Shown one piece after another: positions 28,201-40,482 of a stretch of 64,000 nucleotides of DNA (the first letter of the stretch is position 1; each line of letters begins with the position of its first letter). The stretch covers positions 6,634,001 through 6,698,000 of the forward strand of contig NC_134025.1 in assembly GCF_964204645.1 (NCBI RefSeq), written 5' to 3'. Under the pieces are notes generated by a model. It was given only the letters and a program-made list of their open reading frames with translations. It ran no database searches and was not told where the DNA came from. Both the position numbers and the translations under genes were made by a program. This DNA comes from Tubulanus polymorphus. Its lineage: Eukaryota > Animalia > Nemertea.

Positions 28201-31200
28201 GCAAACATGTTGTCGTTTAATTTCGTCCACATCAACACCCATTTCCTGCGTGATTGACAGTATTAATGGCGGCCATTTTGTATATTTCGTACATGTGGTA
28301 AATTCACTTTCCGAATTTTCAGTTACAGTCTCCGATAAGTATTGGACAGCACCACCTATAATCCGATGAAAGAACTGCTGCCGGTATTTGATCACACCGA
28401 TATCAATATTTTTCGCGGGAAGCAATGGATATGAATTTAGGTCTTTGAAAAAACAACTTTTTCCCTGGAACGAAAACAAAAGTTGATTCAACTGCTGAAG
28501 TGGTGAAGATTATTAGGAAGATGTTTGCGTTCATATGATACTTACTCGGGTATCAAATAAAGACAGCACCTTGATTGACTTCATACTGAAATCTAGCACC
28601 GCGTATACACATACAGCTAACAGATAATGATGTCTTATTAAGCCGTAATTAGTCATCGGTTGATCTATAGCTAATTGCACTAAAGACGTCGGTCCTGTAA
28701 TCTCTTGCCACAATTCCTCAATATTATAGACACCGACATCTTCTATATCACAGTTAGCCTACGTATATAGATAACGAAATTCAAGTCAACATCATCTTCG
28801 TTTTGCAGAAAGCTAACTTCGAAAGTTGTGAGTTAACAGAAAAGTATAACAAAATGTACAAGAAAGAATTTGGAAGCTGGCGACAAAGCAAAGCCAAAAT
28901 GAGGGAAACTATACCCCATCAATGGGAAAGAAATTCAAACATATCTATAAATATTTTCAAATAGAGAAAGCTGCATTACCTGCATTAGAATGTCCAGTAG
29001 ATCACAGACTAGTTGAGCGAATGAACTTATACTTTTGTCACTCATTCCAACATCCTGTAATATGATAATAGTACGATGATCTGCAAAGAACTATTAAAGA
29101 TAAGATACCAGACATTTGTCACGTTTTATTGAGCACACTCACTCTCCTGCACAAACGGTCTTTAGGCACTTTTCCAACTTTTTCGATCAGTTGAGCTAAG
29201 GCTGACCATTTCTTCGCAATGAATGTATTCCACATCATTATGCATATACCTGAAGAGAAGTTAGAATCCAGTAAAATTAACCAATACAAAATAAATTAAT
29301 GTTTGACAGATAATAGCGAAGAAACTGACCGTGTTTTAAAGCAGCATTCTGAACACACTGGAGAAAATCTAAACTATTTTTCAAATGATCCATCATCTTA
29401 AAATTGAACATAATTAACATTCATTAGTGAAGAATTTGGATGATTTCAAAAAATGAGACTAACTGATGTAACAAAACCATGCAGACCTCAGGATCTTTGT
29501 TCCATTGCACGACATGCTCCCACGAACAATTAGCCGTTAGCACATCACTGTTTAAACTCTGGCCTAATCTTTCAGTTAGTCTGTTCATTAAATCTGAAAT
29601 AATCAGCAAAACTAGAATTAAAGTAGATTTCTAAAATAAATACTTTGTAATATATTCAGCAAGATAGTGATGTGCCTCACTTTCTACATTAGATTTCCTA
29701 GTATGGACTGGTTCCTCAACAGCTGGTATATCACCCCCGACATCTTCTGTTTCCATTGATGTCTCTCTGCTATCCATCACTTGTTTTTGAGAAATGACAC
29801 TTATAGGTAAACATCGTTTGACTATCCATCTAGAAACTAATTCAGCAAAAACTCCTGCAACAAAGCAACATTTTGGTGGATATTCCGACACGTTCAAACG
29901 TACTTCATGATGTTATTCAAGTTTAAAAATAGTGATTTTCATCACTTACCTTTACCACCCTCTAATAACCTAGCAACAGAGACACGCAATGATTCACTTG
30001 TAACAGTAACCTGTCCATCAGTTGGTTCACATGTGGATTGTAGTAAACAGCTCAGAGCGAGCACATCTTCCAACTGTTTGACTAGAATATTCCATTGTTC
30101 TATATCAATGGAAACTGATTCCCATTCATTCATATCCATTTTAGAGCTGTCATTAGATGTCACTGATATGGCATCCTACAAATTCAAAAACCAATTACAT
30201 CATAGACAATACCAATCAATCTTGTTTGGAAATGTATCTATTCAGTTCTACTTACTTTGTCCTTAGTTGAGAACAGTTCAGATGATACAAATCTTGATAC
30301 TATACTGGCCAATAAACTGGATGCTATGTTCGTAGTTTGGCTACATTTCAATCTCAGTTGTTGCCACCAGGGGGAAATAGTGATGGAATCGACAGTTATA
30401 TCTACGACAAAGGATATGCGGGTAGAAAAAATTTACAAGATACATGGTAGGCACTAGAATGATTGACAAAAAATGATAAAAACTTCATATACCTTTCATT
30501 TTAGTGATAATTTTTAGTAGTTTATACATTTGAGGTAAGGAATTAACGTCTAGTCTTTCTTCATTCAACCAAACTTGGAACAGTAGAGACTAGGAACAGA
30601 AATACGCTACAAGTTACAGGAGATATATTACATACTTAAAGCTGGAGCAGTTCATTGTGAAAATGCTTACCACTAGATCATCAGGTGGTAATATACTGAC
30701 TTGAAGCAATGTAATCAAATCTTCTACTAAACTTGTGCCGTTCAGAGACGTTTTGAATACAAAATTTCCAAGCGCGAGAAGTTTATCCTCGGGTAAGCCC
30801 GGTTTCAACGATACCCCGGTCTGCGCATGCTCTTCCAAGTGCAACGTATGACATTCAAAACAACCAAGAAATGCAGCCAAATTCAACAAAACGTCAGATG
30901 CAAACCGAACACGAGGCTCGGTAAATATCTTCTTGGCAATGTTCAATTGATCTAAACAGTTGTTGGCATCAGCTTCATTCAAACCCAAAATTTTCACTAA
31001 TATCTGAAAGGTAATAAGTTGTAATTCTAAAATCAGAAAACAATTTGCAATGGTTGAGTTTTCAAAAATATCTGACGCTAAGGTGATAATACCTGTGTTG
31101 GGTCTAAGATTTGTCCAGTTTCAGCCTTTTGACTGTTCACTTTCTCTAAAGCGCAGTAAGTATGAATCAGTTGTTGCTGTAACTGGCAATATTTAATCAG

Positions 31201-34200
31201 TCTCTTCGTTTCTGTATCCAAGGTTGCAGCCTCTTCTTTAGCTTTCTCTGCTGTAAAAGATTATAGAACCCATTCAACGTCAGAAACTTGCAACAAACTT
31301 CTTCTTCAAATGAAAGATCTGTACCTTGTATGTGATAATGTTGAAGAATAGCTTGAATAACTGTATCCATAAACTGACTAGACAAATACTTGGTAGATAG
31401 CACACGCTCTAAACCCTACAATTCAAATTAATCAAAAACATTTTGAAAAACTTTTGAAAATAGATATGTTTTGATGTTCATCAAAATAGAATAGCAAGAG
31501 ACTAGAACTTTACCTGTATTTTCATTCCAGCAGTCCGCATCTCAGAGAAAATAGCCAATATTTCTGATTCAAGTAAATCTAAAAAAATCGGATATGAATC
31601 AGAATTCAATGGATTATGTTTCATGTCGAATACGGTGGGTTCAAACTTACCTGATTCCTCCTTGTTTTCTCTTAGAGATAATTTCAGTTTCTTCAATAGA
31701 TGCATATCTCTGGCTCTTTTACTGTTCTTATCACTAAAATATCATGAATTAATTCCATATTCAATAAATACAACAAACAATCAAATCATCAGCTCAATGA
31801 AGAATCCCTGTGAAATATACCATCTGTTTCACAATTCAGTTACCTCAGCGCTAAATGGAACGGAACATCGACAACTTTGATTGTTCCATCAACATCTAGC
31901 AGACAACATTGAAATACTTGTCCTTTTCCTTCACGATATGTTACATTATTCAAACCCATCATTCCAAATCCTGGATATGTCAGCGTACACCATTTACCCA
32001 CGTTAAAGGCAGATACTCTCATACCCTGCTGAGCGGTCCAAACCTTAAACACAAAGTAATGACATTGATAATCAATGTTAGTCCTTCATCTTATAGAAAA
32101 TCTAACCATATCAGGGGGAAATAAACAGGTGATTTTATTACCTCTAATATTCCCCTACGTGGTGCGTATATGATGAGAAATAAGGCAGTACGGACTACTT
32201 TTTTGGAACGACTTGAATCTTCTTTCACTTCAACCCAGGCTACTTGCGCGTCGCGATAACCTAAACTAAGGAAAAGAGAGATTTAACCATTTTGATACAC
32301 GTACATCCATCCAACAAAATCTAGAACTTTCAAGTGGTTTGAAGCGGTTCAATATCATGTCGTCTGTAACGATTATACCAACCCTTCCACATTCTGATGG
32401 CTATTCCTTTATCGACATCGATTAGAACAATTCTACCATAACTATCAGTGGTTACAGCTAGCTTATTATTAGGTGATAGCTGTATGGATTCACCCTGGCG
32501 ACGTTTATCAGGCAAACCAAATCTATATGAAAATACGACGCAAAACAAATATCTGTCAGTTATGGGTGAGGCGAGTGGGAATAGACGCTTTAAAACAAAC
32601 ATTGTTACCTGATAGGGAGAGGAGTTGCCGGCTCAACTTTTGGTTTCTTCCTTTTTTCATCTTCACTATTATTTTTACCCCCAATACCAAACCAACCACT
32701 AAAATCCAGATGGTTAAAAGAAAATAATCACTTATCAGTCTTCAATTCAACGATGATATTTCAATGTAGAATGGTGGTGATTACTTACCTAGCTGCAGTG
32801 AATATAGCACTTTTCAACTTGTTAGCCACTGCCAAAGCAACATCTGATAACAGTGGCTGAGCACTTCCCTAAAACAAGCAGACTTGTATAGATCTTTTCT
32901 TATGCATTCTTAATACGGAAAAATTAGGATTTTTTTTTAATTTCAATAATAAAACGTACCTCAACTGCATAAAAGAATCCAACATATGGACCAATACCGG
33001 CAGTGATATACTGAGAAGCAACTGGAGGAGTTGGTTTAATGGAAGCCGAAAATCCACCGAGTAATGAAGCTGCTTTCATTTGATCAAACGGATTTGGATT
33101 TACTATACCTATAATAAGAGATCAATGTCAGATAAAAGTAAAACACGTGCTCACTTAGGATACAACACACAAATACAAGAAATGATTACCATACGTACCT
33201 ACACTAACTTGATCAGTTATAAAATCTTGTTCTTGTAATCCAAACTTTCTATATGCTAGAGGTGGGGGCTGGATACTGTCTGAACCACTAGCGGCAGCTA
33301 CAAATATAGTCGGATATTGGGATAAAATGTAACTGTCAAAAGACATCGTTCACCAGACATCACCTTCATACAAGACATGTCTATCTGTGGAAGATGGATT
33401 CATACTTCTCGGACCTGTAAACACAATCGCATAGTCTGCAGACTTTTACCTCTTGCAACTTGGTTTCGACAAGCTCGCAATGTCTGAAACAAACTAAATC
33501 CATCAATAGAAACCAATGCGTGTGGATAAAGTATCGTCAGTTCTTCGTGTTGTTCGGAATCACCGGTGTATCGGGCAGGTGCGTACGAGCGGCTTTTTAA
33601 CTTCACAACTGGTTCCTCGTGTAACAACTGCGAAATGAGCAGTGTCCCATTCTCGGTGTACATCCTTACATAACCCGTAGAGAAACCAATGATAAAGCAT
33701 GTCCAATCAGCCGCACCTTGTGAGCTGCGCTTCTGACTCGACAATGGTAGGCATATGATGCTCGAAATTATTTCTCTGAAATAAATACGATCAACTCATG
33801 AATAAGAGTAACCAGAAAATAATGATTCTGAATTTTACACAGGGTTTGTTTGATTCATCCGCACGAATAACATTACAAGATAACCAATGACATACATAAA
33901 ACATATAGCTTTTTCATATTTTACACAGGGTTTGTTAATACATCAAATCCATAGGCCCTATATTACAAATATCGTCACAAAATTATCAAATCCTCAATGA
34001 TATACAAATAATAGGTAGCTTTTTTGACACACAAGAATATCAGCTTACCCATCTTCTTCTCCTAGAACACTTTCAGTTGTTACAACAAACTTAGAAACAT
34101 CGTCATCAGAGTCCCACTTTTCTAAAAGAAGGAAACAACACAAATTCTCAATAGCCTATACCTATGAAGAATGTTACCCATATGGGGCCAATTACTCAAA

Positions 34201-37200
34201 AGTTGGTCCAAGATAACTGGCGGATAAATATCATAGTAAAAATTAACTTTTAATAGTCACTATGTCAACAATCCACTGGTTAAGTCTGACCAATTTTTGA
34301 GCGACTGGCCGATGGATGAAATCGAAAAGATCAAAGATACGCACGACTGAGAATTACTATTTTCTTATCATACGCAATCGCCACGTTATCCAACATAGGT
34401 GAAACAGACACGAGACAATTCTGTAACCACGATGACGCTAGGTCGGCATTTTCTTGTTGTTCAGTAGTTTCATCATCAACCTGCCAACCCCAATCCAGAT
34501 CATCTCCCCACCCTCCTGAATCATCATCTATTTATAAGACAGATAGGTACAATTAGCATTAAATGTAAAATGGCAATGTCGTGAAAGGTTCGATTCGACC
34601 AGAGGGGACAGATCCGAGAGAAAGAAGCAACACGTCTGGTTACTACGAAACCTTGGAAGTGACTGATTTTATTTCACATAGATGGAGAATAAACATAAAC
34701 AAGATGTCATCCACAGTAAATATATAAACACAAACCAGATGAGCGGCTTAGTAACCGAACTTTCGAAACACTCCCGGCGGCGGGAAGAAAAGATAGGATG
34801 TATAATGCCTATGTGCTATTAGGAATACCTATGAGGTTAATAAGCCTACGTAAAAAATGAGAAATTAATCAATTTCCAATTTCATATCAGAATCACTAAA
34901 TCTTCGATACATTAAGTTTGCATTACTCTTAATCTTCATTTAACACAAAACTGAGATTGCTTTGACATTAAACATTGACATTAAGCTTTGACGTTAAACT
35001 TTGACATTGCGTTTTCACTACAGAATTTAAGATGAATGGTGAGCTAGTGGACCCGAAAAGTACTGATTTGAAACGATAGACCTTGAAGGGACTATCGGGA
35101 TCCGTAGGATCTGATAGCCATAGAAATTTTGTGAAATTTCTATCGTTTTCACCGAGTTTTACATTTAAAAATGCCTTTTCAATATCACTTGTAAATGCGA
35201 CGTTTTTCGTGCGAAAGCGGATTAATATCTGCACAAGATCATTTATTAATGAAGGACCGCTTTCCAGACAGTCGTTCAAACTAGGATTATCCCCTTGTTT
35301 ACAACTACAATCATAAACAATTCTAATCGGTGTTGTGATTGATTCCTTTTTAACCGAGTGGTGGGGTATGTAATGGCCCTGGCTCTTGTCATCATTTTCT
35401 ACTATCTCAATAAATTCGCGTGAAAGTTGCTCTGCTATTATCGCATTATATGTCTGCCTCAGTTCTGGAGACAAGCGTTTAACCATAGATCTAGTTCTAG
35501 CGGTACAAATATCAAAATTGGTAGGGAGCGGTGGATAATCTTCTTTCCAAGGTAAATTCGCTATATATTTACCACTGGTATCGCGTTTAAGGTAATTGTC
35601 TCGATACGTTTCAAAATTCATTGTTTCAGATTTAATCGTTTCCTTGATGCCAATTACTTCAAGATCCCAGTAGTTAGATAATTTTGAGAATTCATCGTTT
35701 GAATGTATAGTATTCAAAAGACAGGTAGTATGGAGTACCGATGTATTCGCATTCAAATTGATGGGTCCTGATAGAAGGAACCCGAGTTTGGAACTGACAG
35801 CTGTCGGGCCAGCTCCTCTAACCACTTCATTCTCTACGATCGACCAGTAATAATCAGCACCGATTAATAGATTAATTTCACAATTGCTGGTGTTGACGTA
35901 CGGTGCTAATGGTAAATTTCGAAGGTACGGGTGATTTGTCACAGCAAGTTTTACATTGTTCTGAATTGGTGGACATATTTCCGGTACAACTAATGCACGT
36001 AAACCAATTTCGCCTTTACGCGTACGAAGTTTTAAATCTATACTCCGTAGAGTACGTGCCCCAGGCGAATTGTCACCAAAGGTGGAAATATTTACATCTT
36101 GCTTTTCAAATTTGTCCAATCGGACACCTAATTCATTTACCGACTTTTTAGTGATGAATGAGCACTGCGCTCCTTCGTCAAACAAGATATTTACCGTGGT
36201 CGAATTCGAACCATAATTTATTTGACCAATAGCCGATTTCAAGAGAACAGGACTTGAAGTTGGAGCTATATTGACATGAATATTTTTTGATTCAATATGC
36301 GTATCAGTATTTCGATCTATATGAATAGCAGTGTGGTGTTTGCCTTTGCAAACCTTACAACGATATTTCGATTGGCAAGCTGTTACCATGTGATTGCCAA
36401 AACAGTTATAACACTTACGATTTGCCTTTATGATGTCTTGTCGCTTTTTTGGGTTAACGATTATATCGCATGAGAACGCCGTATGTGGACCCTTGCAGAA
36501 CGCGCAACTGTTGTTTTTCGAGGCCGGATTTTTCCTCGTTTTAGTGCTTATATGAAGAGCGGATAATTTTTCATTATCGAAGTTGACGCAGCTCGCTCCT
36601 GCCTGTGTAGCTTGTATTTCCTTTCGGATCGCGTCGCGTAGTTCTTTAAGTGTCCAGGCGCGGTCTCCGTGCTCCCGTGAAATTTGTGTTTTGACGGGAC
36701 TCGGTAGCTTATCGAAGACTACCGGAACGAGTATGTCACCGAACGCATCTTCCGATTTCCCGAGCGCGCGCAATCCTCGAATATATGTTTCCAAAGAATC
36801 GTAAAATTCGCGTAGACTCTCGTGATCCTGCGGTGGCTGCAAATCTAATAAAGCTCTGATGTACGCGTTCACGATCTTGTGAGGTTGACCGTATCTTTCT
36901 ACTAAGATCGTCAGAGCTTCTTTGTAGTTAGCGCTAGTTATTTGCAGACCTTCTATGGTACGCGCTGCTTCGTCAGTGAGTTGTGCGACCAAATATTGAA
37001 ACTTCTGGATATCGTCCAAATGCGGATCGCTATCGACGGCTGAGATGAAATTATCGTAGAAAGTAGACCATTTCAAAATGTCACCATCGAAATTTGGGAG
37101 AGCCAATTTTGGTAGATTGACTTTTTTACTGCCGGTTGAGGTAGTACTGCTTCGATTGATGGTACTTACAGATTCGTTTAGCGATTGTGGTTTTGGTATC

Positions 37201-38178
37201 TTCGCTAGTAGATTATCCAAGTTCAGTTTGAATCGACCGAGTTTGATTTGTATCTCAGTGAGATAATCATCTGATTCAACTATAGTGTTAGTTAACTCGG
37301 TTTCATCAACGATTTCATCCATTAATTGTTGGTCTAATTGTCGTAAATATTCGAATTTTGTGAACAGCGCGTCGATTAAAGTGGAGAACGGTTGAACAGT
37401 TTCCAGAGTTCTTGAACTTTCATCGACGAGTAGAATCTCTGCTAGTTTTTCTTCCGTTTTTCCGAAAATCTTCGTCATTTGGCCCCGTTGGGCCCTTCTG
37501 ATTGCCGTTAGCCTTCCTTCTGACCCCATCCTGGTCACGGCACCAAAATGTCGTGAAAGGTTCGATTCGACCAGAGGGGACAGATCCGAGAGAAAGAAGC
37601 AACACGTCTGGTTACTACGAAACCTTGGAAGTGACTGATTTTATTTCACATAGATGGAGAATAAACATAAACAAGATGTCATCCACAGTAAATATATAAA
37701 CACAAACCAGATGAGCGGCTTAGTAACCGAACTTTCGAAACAGGCAACTATAGACAAAGAGGACTTAGTAGAAGTCTTAGGTTACAAGTAATGACTACTA
37801 TACTACTCTGGATGGAGTGTCCACTGATGACTGCACAAGGGCTTATCGATGGGCTTGTTGGACCATAATGATCTACTAACTATCAGTGATAATGTTCATT
37901 TTCTTATTAAACTGTTAAAGGAAATTATCCAAATCATGGATACAATTGATTTCAAATTATTCTAATGAAAAAAAATCATTTTTCTTAATTGAAGCCACCA
38001 TTAAAAAAATAAACACTATGGAAGCCCATCCTGTTCTGTCCAGCTGTGCTGTCAGTCAGTGTCTGTCCAGTCAGTGTGACTTACCAACTTGGTTTTCACT
38101 TTTTAAATGAGGAAATAAGTAATTTCTAACGTTCGTTATATCGTGAAAATTGGCGATAATGCTCAGTTGACACGCCAT
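25288..38178 (-). CDS. RAB3GAP2: Rab3 GTPase-activating protein non-catalytic subunit, roughly 27 exons (first 38178-38085, second starts 34527, last 25431-25288)
   Basis: N-terminus [26 protein letters not shown]; conserved [92 protein letters not shown]. Confidence 0.95.
25520..25617. mobile_element. MITE family A copy (diverged)
   Basis: Same internal TGAAAATGAACT..TTAACTCAGAGTTAA core and CTAGTTGCACAGT/ACTGTGAAACTAG ends. Confidence 0.75.
26704..26811. mobile_element. MITE family A copy, inverted relative to 12150
   Basis: Close reverse complement of 12150-12257 with TIR CCAGTTCCACAGTT. Confidence 0.85.
34186..34310. mobile_element. Harbinger-like MITE, family B
   Basis: Imperfect TIR GGCCAATTACTCAAAAGTTGGT / ACCAATTTTTGAGCGACTGGCC inside Rab3GAP2 intron 2. 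Confidence 0.6.
34968..37529 (-). CDS. BEL/Pao Gag-protease-truncated RT polyprotein (~853 aa from the ATG at 37529)
   Basis: Gag [25 protein letters not shown]; three zinc knuckles ([27 protein letters not shown]); protease ILFDEGAQ; RT N-half ([35 protein letters not shown]) then stop before YxDD; no RNase H or integrase. Confidence 0.95.
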   Translation of the reverse strand: MGSEGRLTAIRRAQRGQMTKIFGKTEEKLAEILLVDESSRTLETVQPFSTLIDALFTKFEYLRQLDQQLMDEIVDETELTNTIVESDDYLTEIQIKLGRFKLNLDNLLAKIPKPQSLNESVSTINRSSTTSTGSKKVNLPKLALPNFDGDILKWSTFYDNFISAVDSDPHLDDIQKFQYLVAQLTDEAARTIEGLQITSANYKEALTILVERYGQPHKIVNAYIRALLDLQPPQDHESLREFYDSLETYIRGLRALGKSEDAFGDILVPVVFDKLPSPVKTQISREHGDRAWTLKELRDAIRKEIQATQAGASCVNFDNEKLSALHISTKTRKNPASKNNSCAFCKGPHTAFSCDIIVNPKKRQDIIKANRKCYNCFGNHMVTACQSKYRCKVCKGKHHTAIHIDRNTDTHIESKNIHVNIAPTSSPVLLKSAIGQINYGSNSTTVNILFDEGAQCSFITKKSVNELGVRLDKFEKQDVNISTFGDNSPGARTLRSIDLKLRTRKGEIGLRALVVPEICPPIQNNVKLAVTNHPYLRNLPLAPYVNTSNCEINLLIGADYYWSIVENEVVRGAGPTAVSSKLGFLLSGPINLNANTSVLHTTCLLNTIHSNDEFSKLSNYWDLEVIGIKETIKSETMNFETYRDNYLKRDTSGKYIANLPWKEDYPPLPTNFDICTARTRSMVKRLSPELRQTYNAIIAEQLSREFIEIVENDDKSQGHYIPHHSVKKESITTPIRIVYDCSCKQGDNPSLNDCLESGPSLINDLVQILIRFRTKNVAFTSDIEKAFLNVKLGENDRNFTKFLWLSDPTDPDSPFKVYRFKSVLFGSTSSPFILNSVVKTQCQSLTSKLNVNV
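37528..37545 (-). other. Primer binding site complementary to the 3' end of tRNA-His
   Basis: TGGTGCCGTGACCAGGAT 3 nt downstream of the 5' LTR; matches the eukaryotic tRNA-His 3' end (...GTCACGGCACCA) from memory; its last AT overlaps the gag ATG. Confidence 0.85.
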
Positions 38179-38472
38179 TGTCACAATCAGCGGTCAAATC
38201 AACTACCAGCAACCCATACGCGAATTAATCACGCAAAATATCAGTTATTTTCTACAAAACTGCCAAGTTGTCAACCATGATGGATAGCAGTTCTGCGCAT
38301 GCCCAATGTCGGAGCATTCCTTAAATGTAAAACATGAAAGAGAAATTTTTCTCGGTATCAACAAGCCCCGCGCGATACGCACTTAGTGTGGAGAATGGTG
38401 CATATTACGAAATGTCGAAGAAATTACAAGAAATTCAATAGTTTAGCTATAATAGCTTAAACTTTGCTAATT
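38179..38472. promoter_or_regulatory. Bidirectional promoter region Rab3GAP2/XRCC3
   Basis: Only 294 bp between divergent start codons; NRF1-like TGCGCATGCCCA at 38294-38305. Confidence 0.75.
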
Positions 38473-40482
38473 ATGAATAATTTAGACTTGAATCCTAAAA
38501 TAATTAATACTCTTAATAAGTGTGAGTATTTTATTTTATTATTGGCTTATTTGGCTAATATAATCATTTTCCTTGACCTTAATAAACGTCACTCAACAAG
38601 TCAAAACCTAGCTAGTCCTATCGACCGTGGTGGTAAGCTTTTATAATCGGATGGGCTTATACCAATGTGGTTTGTTTTGTGAAAATATCCGATCGTGAAA
38701 CTAAACCACAGACAGGTAACTGACTAAGCCTGTAGTAAATAGAGCCGTATTTAATACCCTACTACTTCAATGACAGACTTCGCTGTACTCGATTACTCGA
38801 AGGCTTTACTATTCAATTCTTGTTCATCCATATTTCTCTTGTCTTTGACTTTTTTGCAGTCAAGTTGACCAGTCCAAGTCACATTCTAAGCTTATCTGCT
38901 CCTGACCTTGAAAGAAAGACCAAGTTGTCATCAAATGATGTCGCGATATTACAAAAAACTGTTGCCAATTCTGTATTGATATCAAAACCAATGACTACTG
39001 GTAGGTAAGATGTAAAAAACTCTTTGATGATGAAAGTGGTGATATTTTGTGAATGATAGACTGTGTATAATCTTTGATGTTCAAATGTTTGAATAATTTC
39101 AGCACATGAAATATTTCATACAGAGTCTGATACTGACGGAAACCGATTAAATGTAGGTTGTCCTATTCTCAATGCATTTCTTGAAGGTAAAAGCGATATA
39201 CCGGTACATGAACCATTATTTTACTCAGTCAAACTTGCTAAACTTAGCATTATTCTCATAAATAATTCTTCTGATATTTTCAGGTGGAATTTTAAGACAA
39301 GGTATCACTGAAATAGTAGGAGAAAGTGCTAGTGGCAAGACGCAACTATGCATGCAGTTATGTTTGACAGTACAGTTACCAGTAAAACAGGGAGGACTTG
39401 ATGGAGGTACCAGCCCTAAGGACCTGATTTGAAAAATTATTTGACCATGGGATTTAGGCTTGTTTTATCTATGGCACAGAAAAGGCTTTAAATTGTAGTC
39501 CAACAATGAGAAATATTTACAGAAAAACAACCTTATAAATATAAGTGTTTGATATTTTCCTGCTGTTGGTTTTCTTTTTAGGAGCGGTTTATTTATGCAC
39601 AGAAGATGCCTTCCCAAACAAACGTCTTCATCAATTAATTCATTACTTTCAAAATAAAGACCTGTTCTCAACTATTGATTTCGGTGATCATATCTATATA
39701 GAACACGCTGCTGATTTGGTAGGTTAGCAACAAAACTTACAGATTTCTTCTTCATTACAAAAATAGCAATCAATCATTTCATTTGACTGAACTAAGCAGC
39801 CGTACAGATTCTGGCAAAAAGATAAACTGATTTGCATATTATCATTTTCAGGAAGGATTACTGTATTGTATAGAGAAGAGAATTCCGTTGCTGTTGGCTC
39901 GAGGTGCGATTAAACTGATTGTCATAGATTCAATAGCTGCTCTATTCAGAGTTGAATATTCGATTAATGAAACTGTGCAGCGAGCAAAACATCTCAATAC
40001 ATTAGGTTCCATATTGCACAGAATGAATAACCGGTATAACATACCTATTGTATGTGTTAATCAGGTACGTTTACGAGTGGTATTCCATCTTTAATATCCG
40101 TCTATAGATATGTATTCAAAAAGGGGCATCTACGTTATTATCACTAGTTTTCATTTTCTTTGAACTGTTCTTATAAACAAACTATTTGGGGCTTGTATCA
40201 ACTTGGTGAAGTATTGATATATTTTCGATTACATATATTATATTACAGGTGACGGCATCATTTACTGATAGATCAAAGAAGTGCGTTCCAGCTCTTGGTT
40301 TGACTTGGGCAAACTTGGTAACTACGCGAATTCAACTGAGTCGAACAACACGTCATGTAACGACTTCACCCGTTCAGATGGAAACTTGTCTACGAACTAT
40401 AGAAGTATTATTTGCCCCACATTTACCTAATAGGCTTTGTCATTATGTGATAAACGACAGGGGAGTCGAAGGCTTGTCGTGA
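38473..40482 (+). CDS. XRCC3: DNA repair protein XRCC3 (RAD51 paralog), 7 exons: 38473-38521, 38860-39000, 39103-39186, 39284-39406, 39582-39718, 39852-40064, 40249-40482; ~326 aa
   Basis: N-terminal LDLNPKII, Walker A GESASGKTQLC, AVYLCTEDAFPNKRL, Walker B LIVIDSIAALFR, PALGLTWAN, FAPHLP; exons sum to 981 nt. Confidence 0.95.

Larger units (their letters stand above)
34577..37742 (-). mobile_element. BEL/Pao LTR retrotransposon, internally deleted, in Rab3GAP2 intron 1
   Basis: Two 194-bp LTRs (34577-34770, 37549-37742; TG...CA) with no difference seen; GGCAA TSD at 34572-34576 and 37743-37747; PBS at 37528-37545; CCGCCGGGAG tract before the 3' LTR. Confidence 0.97.

Noticed and set aside
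34577-37742. Domesticated gag gene or CRISPR-like/prokaryotic system
   Set aside because: Identical LTRs and TSD show a recent retrotransposon insertion; no repeat-spacer arrays or operons anywhere in the window.
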